DNA of 64,000 nucleotides from an uncultured virus (IMG/VR IMGVR_UViG_3300047400_000175) (lineage: Duplodnaviria > Heunggongvirae > Uroviricota > Caudoviricetes): IMG/VR virus record IMGVR_UViG_3300047400_000175; one strand, written 5' to 3'. Shown here piece by piece: positions 10,140 to 19,769 of the stretch. How positions within the stretch are numbered: the first letter of the stretch is position 1; every line of letters begins with the position of its first letter. A program made the translations under genes and the position numbers. The notes under the pieces are model-generated. The model had not been told where the DNA came from and made no database searches. It saw nothing but the letters and a program-made list of their open reading frames with translations.

Positions 10140-10966
10140 TTTAATTCTAATTTAAAATCTTTAAGTTCAAATTTATTAGTATAAATAGTGTTTGAAAGAA
10201 AATCATTTACTTCATTTAAAAACTTATTTCTAATATATAAAATAAGTTTATCTTTAATAATAGGATTATTAATAGAATCTATACATTTATCCACACCATA
10301 ATTACTTTGTCTTAATAGACTTCTTAAAGAATCTTTAAGTCCTAAAGTACTGATATAATTAGATATAATTGAATTTTCATCATAGTCATCTAATCTATCC
10401 CATTTATCAAAATATAAATATATTATCCATTCCCAATTATCTTTTAAACTAGAATTTAATAACATGTTTACAGCAAGTTTATGGTTATCTTTAAAATTAG
10501 AATCAATTAATTCTTTTAAATTAAAATAATTTTCTTCTGTAATAATAAATCCATTATTTAATGAATTATTTAATACATCTTGATTTACATATTTAATATT
10601 AGGATTTACTATTGTAAAATCCAATATTTGTTTAATACATTCAACATCTAAATCTTTCATATTATATATTCCATAAACAGGTTCCTTTGTTTCATCAGAA
10701 CATATATTTACACCATCATAAAATTGAACATAATCTGTAATATTAAACCTATTAATTATACAATAATTTGCTTTTTCTTTAAGTCTAACACGATTAATAT
10801 TTTTATCAAGATAATCTGTTATAAGACGGGGAATAGTTGTGTTTTTAGTAAATATAATATTACTATCATTTGGAATTTCTACATCATAATTATTCCAAAT
10901 ATTAAGAATATGATTTCTTAACTCCTCATCAATATATTTATTAATTCCTACCTGTATTATTTTCAT
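10136..10966 (-). CDS. MoxR/vWA-associated protein (long form, carries shared motif)
   Basis: Contains ELIDSNFKDNHKLAVNML. Confidence 0.75.
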   Translation of the reverse strand: MKIIQVGINKYIDEELRNHILNIWNNYDVEIPNDSNIIFTKNTTIPRLITDYLDKNINRVRLKEKANYCIINRFNITDYVQFYDGVNICSDETKEPVYGIYNMKDLDVECIKQILDFTIVNPNIKYVNQDVLNNSLNNGFIITEENYFNLKELIDSNFKDNHKLAVNMLLNSSLKDNWEWIIYLYFDKWDRLDDYDENSIISNYISTLGLKDSLRSLLRQSNYGVDKCIDSINNPIIKDKLILYIRNKFLNEVNDFLSNTIYTNKFELKDFKLELK

Positions 10967-10967
10967 A

Positions 10968-12188
10968 TTATTTATCTAACATATATTTTAAAAATCTTGG
11001 ATCACTACCTAAAATAGCAGCAAATTGATTACCAACAGTCACTGTATTTCTAACTAACAAATACTTTTGATCTACACTAAAACTAGGATGTAGAAGTATT
11101 TCAAGATATTGTTTAATATTATCTTTAGACATTTCTTTATGGTAGTGTCTAACATAATTATACAATCTTGTAGTTAAAATAGCAGCAGTTGCTGATTTCC
11201 AATTTGTAGGATCTTTTTCAGTATCTCCACAACATTCTGTTAATTGAGCCTTAGCTGTTTTAACATCATATTCTTTGATTAGTTTTTTAACTTCAGGGAG
11301 TTTATCAAGTCTTTTATTAACAAAGTTAATAAGATTACTAGCTAAATATTTTCCTGTTGTTATTTCACCAAACATTGAAATTTGATCTAAATGTTTCTCA
11401 AAATCATCTATTGTAGATACTAAACTAAAAAACTTATCCATCATTCTCGGAGAAATATTTCCAGAGGCAGATATTCCATCTTGCTTTTTATGTTCAAGAA
11501 GCTCAGGCATCCAGAGAACAAAATTAATTAACCTTTCATCCAAACCAATCTTTTCAGCTCTAGAAGCCCAATCTTGAGGATCCCACTTCATATAAATTTT
11601 AGCCATTCTATCTGTTTGAGCAGAGTCATTAGAACTAACATTATATTCTCCATTATCTGGATTCTCATTAAGAAGTATTGTAACTCCTTTAGATTTCAAA
11701 TCCCAACCAACCATTTCATGAGAATTAACTAATTCCATAATAGCTTGATTAAACAATGAATTACTTCTTGTATAATCATCTAAACATAAAATAGCATTAT
11801 CCTTTAAATCAGCAATCCAATTAGGAGGACAAGGTGTTGTCCTAACTTTACCTACATATTTATAACCTTGTTTTTCATATTCAGGTAATAAATTTTCAGT
11901 TATCCAAAGAGATTGTTTTTCTTTTTTAACTTCAAACTCCTTAAAATAATATCCAATTAGCTCTGATGGCTCTGTTAATTGAGCAAGACTAATTTTTTTA
12001 AATTGTCTATCTAAATCTTGAGCTAATTCTTTTTGAATAGTACTCTTACCTATTCCTCTTTCTCCAATGACACTAATACTAATTGGTATTCCACCAGCAG
12101 CATGTATTTTATCATTTGCTTCAATAGTGCTTTTAATAATATTATAAACTTCACTAGGTTTATATTCTACTTCTTTTATTTTTGACAT
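10968..12188 (-). CDS. MoxR-like AAA+ ATPase
   Basis: Walker A GERGIGKST; LAQL.E..EL.G; Walker B LCLDDYTR; sensor NP; D.AQ.DR; SPR. Confidence 0.85.
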   Translation of the reverse strand: MSKIKEVEYKPSEVYNIIKSTIEANDKIHAAGGIPISISVIGERGIGKSTIQKELAQDLDRQFKKISLAQLTEPSELIGYYFKEFEVKKEKQSLWITENLLPEYEKQGYKYVGKVRTTPCPPNWIADLKDNAILCLDDYTRSNSLFNQAIMELVNSHEMVGWDLKSKGVTILLNENPDNGEYNVSSNDSAQTDRMAKIYMKWDPQDWASRAEKIGLDERLINFVLWMPELLEHKKQDGISASGNISPRMMDKFFSLVSTIDDFEKHLDQISMFGEITTGKYLASNLINFVNKRLDKLPEVKKLIKEYDVKTAKAQLTECCGDTEKDPTNWKSATAAILTTRLYNYVRHYHKEMSKDNIKQYLEILLHPSFSVDQKYLLVRNTVTVGNQFAAILGSDPRFLKYMLDK

Positions 12189-12191
12189 ATT

Positions 12192-12740
12192 TTAAAATGG
12201 TATTTCTATTTCTTGTGTTACTTTAACTTTAGTTATTCCTCTACCTGGCGTATTAGCCTCCCTCAATTGAGAATTATAATAATCATTACCTCCAGTAAGA
12301 GCCTCATATTGTTTACCTAAATCTCCAAGTCTCATCAATAATATATCAGATTTAATTTCTCTGAACATATTATTCCTTTCTGTTTTTAAAAAATCTAATA
12401 AATTATTTTGATTACCTAATTCAATAGATTTATAAGTTTTTTCTTTAATAAGATATTTATTTCTTCCATAAGGAATATTAACAATATCTCCTAAATTTTT
12501 ATTTGTTATTTTAAATCTGGAATTACTTTCTGTATCATTATTATTTCCACGTTTTTTAGCATAGACAATATAATCATTTTCTTCATTTTTTAATAAACTT
12601 TCATTATCTAACCAATTAGGTATTGGTAAAATAAATTTAACTTTTAAATTATTAACATTATTATGATCAAATTCACATCTAATTGATTTATTTTTTTGAA
12701 AATTAATGTGATTTTTAATTAATATTCCTATTGTATTCAT
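12192..12740 (-). CDS. hypothetical protein ending in EIEIPF
   Basis: 182-aa ORF inside the AAA+/vWA operon. Confidence 0.75.
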   Translation of the reverse strand: MNTIGILIKNHINFQKNKSIRCEFDHNNVNNLKVKFILPIPNWLDNESLLKNEENDYIVYAKKRGNNNDTESNSRFKITNKNLGDIVNIPYGRNKYLIKEKTYKSIELGNQNNLLDFLKTERNNMFREIKSDILLMRLGDLGKQYEALTGGNDYYNSQLREANTPGRGITKVKVTQEIEIPF

Positions 12741-13024
12741 TCTATTTTACAATTTAATTTACAATTTATTAATACTTCATAATAAGATAGTAATTCCTCA
12801 TAAGAACCAGATTTTATATCACATTTACCTTTATTATGAACTATATTTGCTATTTGTTCTGCCTGTACACTATCTATATTTAATATACAACACAAACAAT
12901 ATATTACATAATCAAATGAATTAACATCATCATTATATAATATTAATTTTCTATTATTACTTAATTCTATCGAATCACTAAGTAATTCAGAAATATCTAT
13001 TTCTTCTATTTCTTGTTTCTCCAT
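12737..13024 (-). CDS. clpS: ClpS-like Clp protease adaptor
   Basis: LILYNDDVNSFDYVI..L...QAEQIA..VH.KGKC.IK.G matches the ClpS core. Confidence 0.88.
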   Translation of the reverse strand: MEKQEIEEIDISELLSDSIELSNNRKLILYNDDVNSFDYVIYCLCCILNIDSVQAEQIANIVHNKGKCDIKSGSYEELLSYYEVLINCKLNCKIE

Positions 13025-13335
13025 AAGTCGATTTTATATTTAGGTTCTTTTTCACTATTTGGTAAAAAATTATAAGTAATTGATGATCTTTTAAAATATT
13101 CAAAATACCAAAAATAAAATAAATTATAAGAAGGCTTTGTTGGATCTTGTATACCAATATAAGGTACGCCAATTAAGAAAAACCAATACAATATAGCTTT
13201 ATTTTTTTTATTTAATACTTTATTTTCTAATTTATAATGTAATAAATTAAAATAAATAATAATATTAGCTAAATCTGAACTTGTATATAAATCAGCATCG
13301 GATTCAATTATTTGAATTAATTCTTTATTTTTCAT
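13006..13335 (-). CDS. small protein of motif array
   Basis: DLYTSSDLANIIIYFNLL near the N-terminus. Confidence 0.7.
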   Translation of the reverse strand: MKNKELIQIIESDADLYTSSDLANIIIYFNLLHYKLENKVLNKKNKAILYWFFLIGVPYIGIQDPTKPSYNLFYFWYFEYFKRSSITYNFLPNSEKEPKYKIDLWRNKK

Positions 13336-13600
13336 TTAATAAACCATATAATAAATTTACAGCAATTATGATATTGGGGTGGTCATTTGATTTAACCAAA
13401 TCTTCAATTACATTATTTTCTATATTTTTATAAAACATAACATTTTTAATAAGAATAATCATAGATCTGTGGTAATGTATTGACGATGAATTTTCAATAC
13501 TAGTAAATCGCCACTCATTAAATTTCTTAAAGTTAGTATTTAAAATAAAATTTTCCTTATCAATAATATACGATAACAATTTTTCACATACTTCTTTCAT
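13325..13600 (-). CDS. small protein of motif array
   Basis: C-terminal DLVKSNDHPNIIIAVNLL. Confidence 0.8.
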   Translation of the reverse strand: MKEVCEKLLSYIIDKENFILNTNFKKFNEWRFTSIENSSSIHYHRSMIILIKNVMFYKNIENNVIEDLVKSNDHPNIIIAVNLLYGLLNEK

Positions 13601-13872
13601 ATTTCTAATTTATTACAAATTATCTCACCAGCTATTGTTAAATTTGGTAAATCTTTAGTTTCAATTAAATTGAATACTAATTCATCATTAATCTTTTTAG
13701 TTTTAATAATGAATTTTAATAAAAGATAATACCACTTTATGTATGATGAATCTTTTGAGCTATCGTTTACCCAACTAAAATAAGAAAATGGTCCATAATT
13801 AGGAGACATTATTTTATCAGGATAATGCTTTTTACAATATAATGCTATTCTAATGTAATTATTTTGTTCCAT
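13597..13872 (-). CDS. small protein of motif array
   Basis: C-terminal NLIETKDLPNLTIAGEII. Confidence 0.8.
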   Translation of the reverse strand: MEQNNYIRIALYCKKHYPDKIMSPNYGPFSYFSWVNDSSKDSSYIKWYYLLLKFIIKTKKINDELVFNLIETKDLPNLTIAGEIICNKLEI

Positions 13873-14146
13873 TTAATTGTTTTAATAATTCTATACATAT
13901 AATTAAATTAGCAATATCTTCAGAATCTATCAAGTCATTAATTTGTTCAATATTAAAGTTTAATGATTTATATAATTCATATATTGTTTTGTAATAATTA
14001 TTCGTAGCATGTGAAAATTGATAATACTCACGATATACATTTGTACTAAACATATTATATTTTGCCTTATCTTCCTCTAAAGAATCAAATATATCTACCC
14101 AATTATACCATAAAAATTCTACTCTTGCTTTATCTTTTTCTGACAT
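13859..14146 (-). CDS. small protein of motif array
   Basis: C-terminal DLIDSEDIANLIICIELL. Confidence 0.8.
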   Translation of the reverse strand: MSEKDKARVEFLWYNWVDIFDSLEEDKAKYNMFSTNVYREYYQFSHATNNYYKTIYELYKSLNFNIEQINDLIDSEDIANLIICIELLKQLNGTK

Positions 14147-14460
14147 TTTATATAATTATTTACAATTATTTCCATACATATTGTTAATTCGGGAACTTTA
14201 TAATTAGAATTATTATAATCACAAGAATCAATTAATTCATTCACAAACTTATTTTTAATTTTCTTTAATTTTAAAAATTCAGTAATTAAAAAATATAAAA
14301 ATTCACCATACCTTTTATGTTTATGATCTTTATATAGTATTTTTAGATCTTCATAAGTTTCAATCCAAAGTTTAGGATGTGTAAAGTAAGATAAAGCATC
14401 AACATTTGGTATTTTTTTAGCTAAATACTCTACTAATATAATATAACTATTCTTTTCCAT
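14119..14460 (-). CDS. small protein of motif array
   Basis: C-terminal ELIDSCDYNN(7-aa insert)LTICMEII. Confidence 0.8.
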   Translation of the reverse strand: MEKNSYIILVEYLAKKIPNVDALSYFTHPKLWIETYEDLKILYKDHKHKRYGEFLYFLITEFLKLKKIKNKFVNELIDSCDYNNSNYKVPELTICMEIIVNNYIKCQKKIKQE

Positions 14461-14746
14461 TAAAGTATTTATAATTTAATAATTCTAAACCTATTATTAC
14501 TTCTCCATCATTATCACTGTTAATTAAACTGTCTATTTCATCATCTTTTATATCTTTATATGCTAAAGACCAATAATATAGTTGTTTAATATTTCTAATA
14601 TATGTTGAAAAGAAAAAAATATTTATTTTACCACTTGTAGCATCATGACTCCATAAATGCAAATCTATTGTTGTATAACCTCTAAGAAATTCAACTATAT
14701 TTAAATAAGCTTGAGATATTTCTAATCTTTCGGAATCTTGATCCAT
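14447..14746 (-). CDS. small protein of motif array
   Basis: C-terminal SLINSDNDGEVIIGLELL. Confidence 0.8.
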   Translation of the reverse strand: MDQDSERLEISQAYLNIVEFLRGYTTIDLHLWSHDATSGKINIFFFSTYIRNIKQLYYWSLAYKDIKDDEIDSLINSDNDGEVIIGLELLNYKYFNGKE

Positions 14747-15906
14747 GTATTATGATGTTTAATAGATTCTTCATTTCCGTTAGAACTAATTACCCACAAC
14801 ATCTTTTTATTACAAGGAGGAGGTGTTTCTGCCTCTCCATCTGTAAATACTAACATACTATTAAATTCAGGATGTTTATTATAAAATTCTATAACAGGAG
14901 TAAAATAAGTACCTCCACAATTAGTTCTTTTAAATTGTCCTGAATTAGGTTTGTAAACTACTGGCTTCATAACCTTTGTATCAAAAGGTCTAATTTCAAT
15001 ATCTGTTTTTTTAGATAAATGATGAATTTCATTTAAAAATTCAAATAATTCATTTTCAGACACACTACCTGATTCATCAATACATACTAATATTTTAGAT
15101 TTAGGTTTTAATATTACTTTAGGAGCACCTTCAAATCTTTGATTTTCTCTTAATTTAGTAGTACCTATCATATATTGCTTACTATTACCAACAAAATTAG
15201 AAATATATTTTTTATAATTAAATTTAGGCTTAGGTTTAACAAATCCATTAATTAATTGCTGTATTTCAATAGGTAAATTTCCTTGAGATTTAGATATTTC
15301 TTCAGCAATAGATTCAATAGTATGTTCTACTTGAACTCTTATAGCATCTTTTTGAGCATCTGTTAATTGTTCATTAGAAGGATTACCTTCACCATCAGTA
15401 ATAATCCATTTATGTTGAGCTTTTTCATCAATACCTAATTCTTCTTTTTCTTTTTCAGATAATTTACTTAATTCTTTGTAATAATGAGCTCTACCAGCAT
15501 GGTTTTTCCAATCTAATTTAGGATATTTATTAGCAAAATCTTCTAAAAAACATCCCCATTCAGGTAAATTACTTTTATCACAAAGTTGATTAATTTCAAT
15601 ATCACAAGCTATGTTATCCATTTTAGCATTAGGATAAGCATCCATTGTAATTAGATGAAAATTAGTTAAATGCAGAGCTTCATGTTTAAGAAGATTATAT
15701 TTAACTTGATCAGAATATTTATCCCACTCATCAGGATTAATCAATAAGCTAAATTCCATTGTTGCTTTATTAAGACCAACAGCAGCTAATGGAATATTTT
15801 TATTTTCTTTTTTTTCTATTGATGATATGAATAACCCATAAAAAACATCATTAATTAATAGTTTTTTTGTTATTCTTGATATATCAAGTATTAAGTTTTG
15901 ATTCAT
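14722..15906 (-). CDS. HExxH metallopeptidase-like + vWA domain protein (DUF2201-like)
   Basis: HEALH...H and NIACD.EIN in the N-terminus; MIDAS DESGS, GGT and FTDG in the C-terminus. Confidence 0.88.
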   Translation of the reverse strand: MNQNLILDISRITKKLLINDVFYGLFISSIEKKENKNIPLAAVGLNKATMEFSLLINPDEWDKYSDQVKYNLLKHEALHLTNFHLITMDAYPNAKMDNIACDIEINQLCDKSNLPEWGCFLEDFANKYPKLDWKNHAGRAHYYKELSKLSEKEKEELGIDEKAQHKWIITDGEGNPSNEQLTDAQKDAIRVQVEHTIESIAEEISKSQGNLPIEIQQLINGFVKPKPKFNYKKYISNFVGNSKQYMIGTTKLRENQRFEGAPKVILKPKSKILVCIDESGSVSENELFEFLNEIHHLSKKTDIEIRPFDTKVMKPVVYKPNSGQFKRTNCGGTYFTPVIEFYNKHPEFNSMLVFTDGEAETPPPCNKKMLWVISSNGNEESIKHHNTWIKIPKD

Positions 15907-16126
15907 TTTTTATTGCTTTTAAAAATAATTCACAAATATTATGGTTATCATCAATTGATGAAAGATTTAAATATAACATTGGAGCTTTAACAAATATTGC
16001 CAATAACTCTTTGTTATGAATAATAAATATAACTTCTCCTGTCTCTTTAGTGGGAAAACAATGATAAGCTTCCTTTTTAAATACCAAATCATATAGTTCA
16101 TAATAAAAATTAGTCATAATTTTCAT
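15884..16126 (-). CDS. hypothetical protein, weak match to array motif
   Basis: LNLSSIDDNHNICELFL near the C-terminus. Confidence 0.65.
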   Translation of the reverse strand: MKIMTNFYYELYDLVFKKEAYHCFPTKETGEVIFIIHNKELLAIFVKAPMLYLNLSSIDDNHNICELFLKAIKNESKLNT

Positions 16127-16358
16127 TATTCTTTTGATTTTCTAATATTTGTTTCTTTTTATTTTCCTCTTCATAAAGAAGAAGAAGTTTTTGTTCTGTT
16201 ACTTGCACTAATGCTCTTCTATCAGTTTGACTCATTCTAGAGCTATTATAGAGAGTTTTTAATTCTTCTAATGGTAATTTATCAAACTCTATTAATTTGT
16301 TATTAAAACGCTTAGAAATACTTTCTATTGCACTATTATTTAATCTTTTTATAGCCAT
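16110..16358 (-). CDS. hypothetical protein
   Basis: 82-aa ORF in operon. Confidence 0.7.
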   Translation of the reverse strand: MAIKRLNNSAIESISKRFNNKLIEFDKLPLEELKTLYNSSRMSQTDRRALVQVTEQKLLLLYEEENKKKQILENQKNNENYD

Positions 16359-16360
16359 AA

Positions 16361-17416
16361 TTATTTATCTAATCTAATACCTACCATTACTGGAAATCTT
16401 GGAATTCCATTTTCTGAATATTCAAAAAATCTAATTTCAGCAGTTTTTCCAATATATTTATTTTTATTTTGTAATAAATCTTCTCTATCTTCATAAGACA
16501 TTTTTACTCCTGATTTAAAGGATTTACCTCTTAATTCAAAATGAGGAGTTCCATGTAAAGGATTAGCTTCATTTGGAGTAATATCTATTATTTTTAAAGC
16601 AATATCTTGAAAATCCTTATATTTTAATAAATTACTACTTCTACCATTAACTTTATAACCTTCTGTTCCCCATCTAATAATACTTCCTTCATAACCATTA
16701 GAAATATTATTAGAATGCAATTCTTTTAATGTTTGTTCATTAGGGCAATTATAAGTATTAACTTCATTACAAGTAAATAATCCTTTAATGTATTCTCTTA
16801 TTTTTCTAGCATGAAAAGGTAAATTAGAGATCAAATCATAAACATGATATTGAATTTTAACATCTGTTTCCAAAGGTCTAAATTTTTTAATTAATCTCAT
16901 ATTTTCTTGAAAATTATCCCCATAAGAATATAATTCTCCATCAAGAATAACTTCTTTTGTAATAGTAGATAATTCTTTAACAATATGAGGAACAGTAGTA
17001 ATTTCTTTACCCTGTCTAGACATTAATTTAACTCCTCCTTTACCATTAATAAAAGCTAGGCATCTCATTCCATCTAATTTAGGTTGAATATAACAATTAT
17101 TCCAATCTATTTTATGTTTCTCATCTTCATAAGATTTAGCAAGCATTGGGAGTATAACTTCTTCGGTATTACATTCTTCAATAGTTTTAAAATAACCTTC
17201 AGATAATTTTTCTTCTATTTTAGAATTCATTTCTAATACACTCTGTTCTTCAGAAGTAGTTTCATTAGATTTACCAATATTCTTCCCTTTACATACCTTT
17301 GTATGAATAATTGATTTTCCTTTTAATATTCCTGATTCTTGATATAAATTACCAGAATCAGCCCAAATTTTTAAAAATCTAATTTTACCTTTTGTATCTT
17401 TTTTATAAAGTATCAT
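16361..17416 (-). CDS. lig: ATP-dependent DNA ligase
   Basis: PMLA; motif I KLDGMR; LDGELY; YD; EG..IR; LLKYK; PRFP. Confidence 0.93.
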   Translation of the reverse strand: MILYKKDTKGKIRFLKIWADSGNLYQESGILKGKSIIHTKVCKGKNIGKSNETTSEEQSVLEMNSKIEEKLSEGYFKTIEECNTEEVILPMLAKSYEDEKHKIDWNNCYIQPKLDGMRCLAFINGKGGVKLMSRQGKEITTVPHIVKELSTITKEVILDGELYSYGDNFQENMRLIKKFRPLETDVKIQYHVYDLISNLPFHARKIREYIKGLFTCNEVNTYNCPNEQTLKELHSNNISNGYEGSIIRWGTEGYKVNGRSSNLLKYKDFQDIALKIIDITPNEANPLHGTPHFELRGKSFKSGVKMSYEDREDLLQNKNKYIGKTAEIRFFEYSENGIPRFPVMVGIRLDK

Positions 17417-18060
17417 TAATTTGTTGTAATATTGTGGTGATCCACTATAATAGTAGACCTATTTTTCATTATTTCTAATATTTCATCTAAATGATAAGGG
17501 TATAAATTATTAGTATCAACACCTACATCCATAGATTTACCAAATTCTGGAAGTGTTCCATGAGAATGTCCATAGAGCATAATACTTCCTTTATGAGATT
17601 TATTCCATACCCTCATAGCATAATGAGATAAACAAATCATTTGTTTTCCGTATTTACCTGATTTTTGACAATCTATTTTGAGATTTAACTCTTTATAATA
17701 ATCACAAGAAGTAAATAGTTGTCTATATGGACTATTTATTGGTGTGATATGTTGGTCATGATTACCAAATATTAAATGAATATTCTTACAATTAATTCTA
17801 TCTCTGAATATTTTAATCTGTTCATGTCCTCCAAAACTCCAGTCACCTAAATGATATAAAGTATCATTTTCCTTAACAACAGCATTAATAGAATTAATAA
17901 TTACTTCATCATGTTCTTCTAAAGTATTAAAATCTCTTGTTCTTTCAAAACTAGTAGGTCCTTTATTTTCTTCTAAAAGCCATTCACTAGTTCCTCTAAC
18001 AATATTTTTATGATGAAAATGAGTATCACTAGTAAAGAATATATTTCCTATTTTTTCCAT
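17416..18060 (-). CDS. calcineurin-like metallophosphoesterase
   Basis: SDTHFHH, LGD, GNHD, HY, GHSH and DVGVD motifs. Confidence 0.9.
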   Translation of the reverse strand: MEKIGNIFFTSDTHFHHKNIVRGTSEWLLEENKGPTSFERTRDFNTLEEHDEVIINSINAVVKENDTLYHLGDWSFGGHEQIKIFRDRINCKNIHLIFGNHDQHITPINSPYRQLFTSCDYYKELNLKIDCQKSGKYGKQMICLSHYAMRVWNKSHKGSIMLYGHSHGTLPEFGKSMDVGVDTNNLYPYHLDEILEIMKNRSTIIVDHHNITTN

Positions 18061-18458
18061 AGTTTATTATAATTTTTATACATATTATTCATTACTTCAT
18101 TTGGAATATATTTACCCGTTTTTAAATATCTAAATATATTTCTAATTTTAGCTTTTCTTAAAGAAATATCAAATCTTATCACTACTATATTCCAATTAAA
18201 ATCTTTATTTAAATTTTTTTTAATTTTATCAATATAAATTTGTTTACAATTAGTATTATCAATTATAATATTTGTATAAGCAGTATTAAGAATATCATAA
18301 AATTTATTCCATATCTCATCTTCATTTTCTTTAGAGAATATATAATTATTTCCTCTTAAATTATCACAAGAAATTACACAATAACTATGTGCATAATTTT
18401 TAACAAATCTTGATTTACCACTGCAAGGTATTCCTGATAATATTATACAATTATACAT
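18048..18458 (-). CDS. polynucleotide-kinase-like P-loop protein (AAA_33)
   Basis: GIPCSGKS; ISCD..R; IIDNTN; RN..R. Confidence 0.8.
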   Translation of the reverse strand: MYNCIILSGIPCSGKSRFVKNYAHSYCVISCDNLRGNNYIFSKENEDEIWNKFYDILNTAYTNIIIDNTNCKQIYIDKIKKNLNKDFNWNIVVIRFDISLRKAKIRNIFRYLKTGKYIPNEVMNNMYKNYNKLWKK

Positions 18459-19767
18459 TTTGTTCTTCTTCTATGTTTTTAATTTCTTTATCTAAAGATT
18501 GTCCTTCATATAAAAGAAATTGTTTAGATTTAATTTTATATATTTCAGGTCTATTGCAAGTATCTTTTCTTATACAAAATCCTTCTTCCACAACAGAATT
18601 ATCTAATATACTTTGTTGTTCTAATAATCTATTATAAAAAATCCAATCAAAAACTAATGGAAAATCAGGAAACATTTTATCGAAATAATGAACTTGAAAG
18701 AAATCTTGAATTGTGCCATAAAATAATTCAGGACAATAATCAACTCCTAACTGATTACATCTTTCTTTCATTTGTAAATAAGATAAATCTACTTCAATTC
18801 CTTGAGAATTAATATTAGATATTCTATAAATATATACTTTAGGTTTATTAAATCCATAAGAATATCCTGGTTGAATATCTTCATCACTATAAGTTTTACC
18901 TACAATTTCACAATAAATAGCTTCTCCTGCATTTAATTTACCTTCAAAGTATTCTTTACCCACTTCAGACCAAAGATCTCCAGAACTAAAGAAATGATTC
19001 TTATTAGGCAATTCTTCAAATCCTACAGATTTAATACATCTTCTGCTACCAGCAACAAAATCATAAGATTCTTCTTGAATTTTCACACCGAAGAATTTAG
19101 CAATTTTATCTTTAATAGTTAATTTTCTTTTAACTAATGTATTATAATATCTTGCAGAAGTACCATGAAGTTTATACGTTACAGCAATATAATCATTTAA
19201 ATCTAATTTATGAATATTTTTTAGTAAATGAGAAGTATCTGGATGTTCTGGAACAAATTTGCTATCAATAATTTCATCTAAAACTTTTGTTTTAGGATTA
19301 GACATTCCTTTTTGTTTAGTATATTTTATATATTTTTTACAAATTTCTATTCCATTAATAGAATTAAATTCATTTTCAATTTTTAAATCAGGAACTATAA
19401 TTTTTCCTTGAATATGTAAATAATCTAAAGAATCAATAGGAATAATAAATCCAGAAGATATTACACTTTTAAATTTAATAGCTTTAACTCTTCTATTATC
19501 CTCAAAAAATCCTTTTTTAGAAGCATCTACATTTAAGTGAGTGTGTCTATATAAATTATTATTACTTAAAAATTCATGATTTAATTCACATTCTACTGGA
19601 AAAAATAAATATAATTCATTTTCATTAGATTCCTTACTTATCAAGCAAGAATTACCTTGATAATTTACACTAACAAGATTGTTAAGTCCTTGTATTTCTA
19701 TTTTATTAGGAAGTTTTATAACTTGACAAGTATAATTTTCACTTCCTTTTAATATTTCTAATTTCAT
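18451..19767 (-). CDS. RNA ligase with N-terminal OB-like domain
   Basis: Motif I YKLHGTS; GSR; YCEIVG; EEGFCIR; YKIKS. Confidence 0.82.
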   Translation of the reverse strand: MKLEILKGSENYTCQVIKLPNKIEIQGLNNLVSVNYQGNSCLISKESNENELYLFFPVECELNHEFLSNNNLYRHTHLNVDASKKGFFEDNRRVKAIKFKSVISSGFIIPIDSLDYLHIQGKIIVPDLKIENEFNSINGIEICKKYIKYTKQKGMSNPKTKVLDEIIDSKFVPEHPDTSHLLKNIHKLDLNDYIAVTYKLHGTSARYYNTLVKRKLTIKDKIAKFFGVKIQEESYDFVAGSRRCIKSVGFEELPNKNHFFSSGDLWSEVGKEYFEGKLNAGEAIYCEIVGKTYSDEDIQPGYSYGFNKPKVYIYRISNINSQGIEVDLSYLQMKERCNQLGVDYCPELFYGTIQDFFQVHYFDKMFPDFPLVFDWIFYNRLLEQQSILDNSVVEEGFCIRKDTCNRPEIYKIKSKQFLLYEGQSLDKEIKNIEEEQNV

Positions 19768-19769
19768 AT

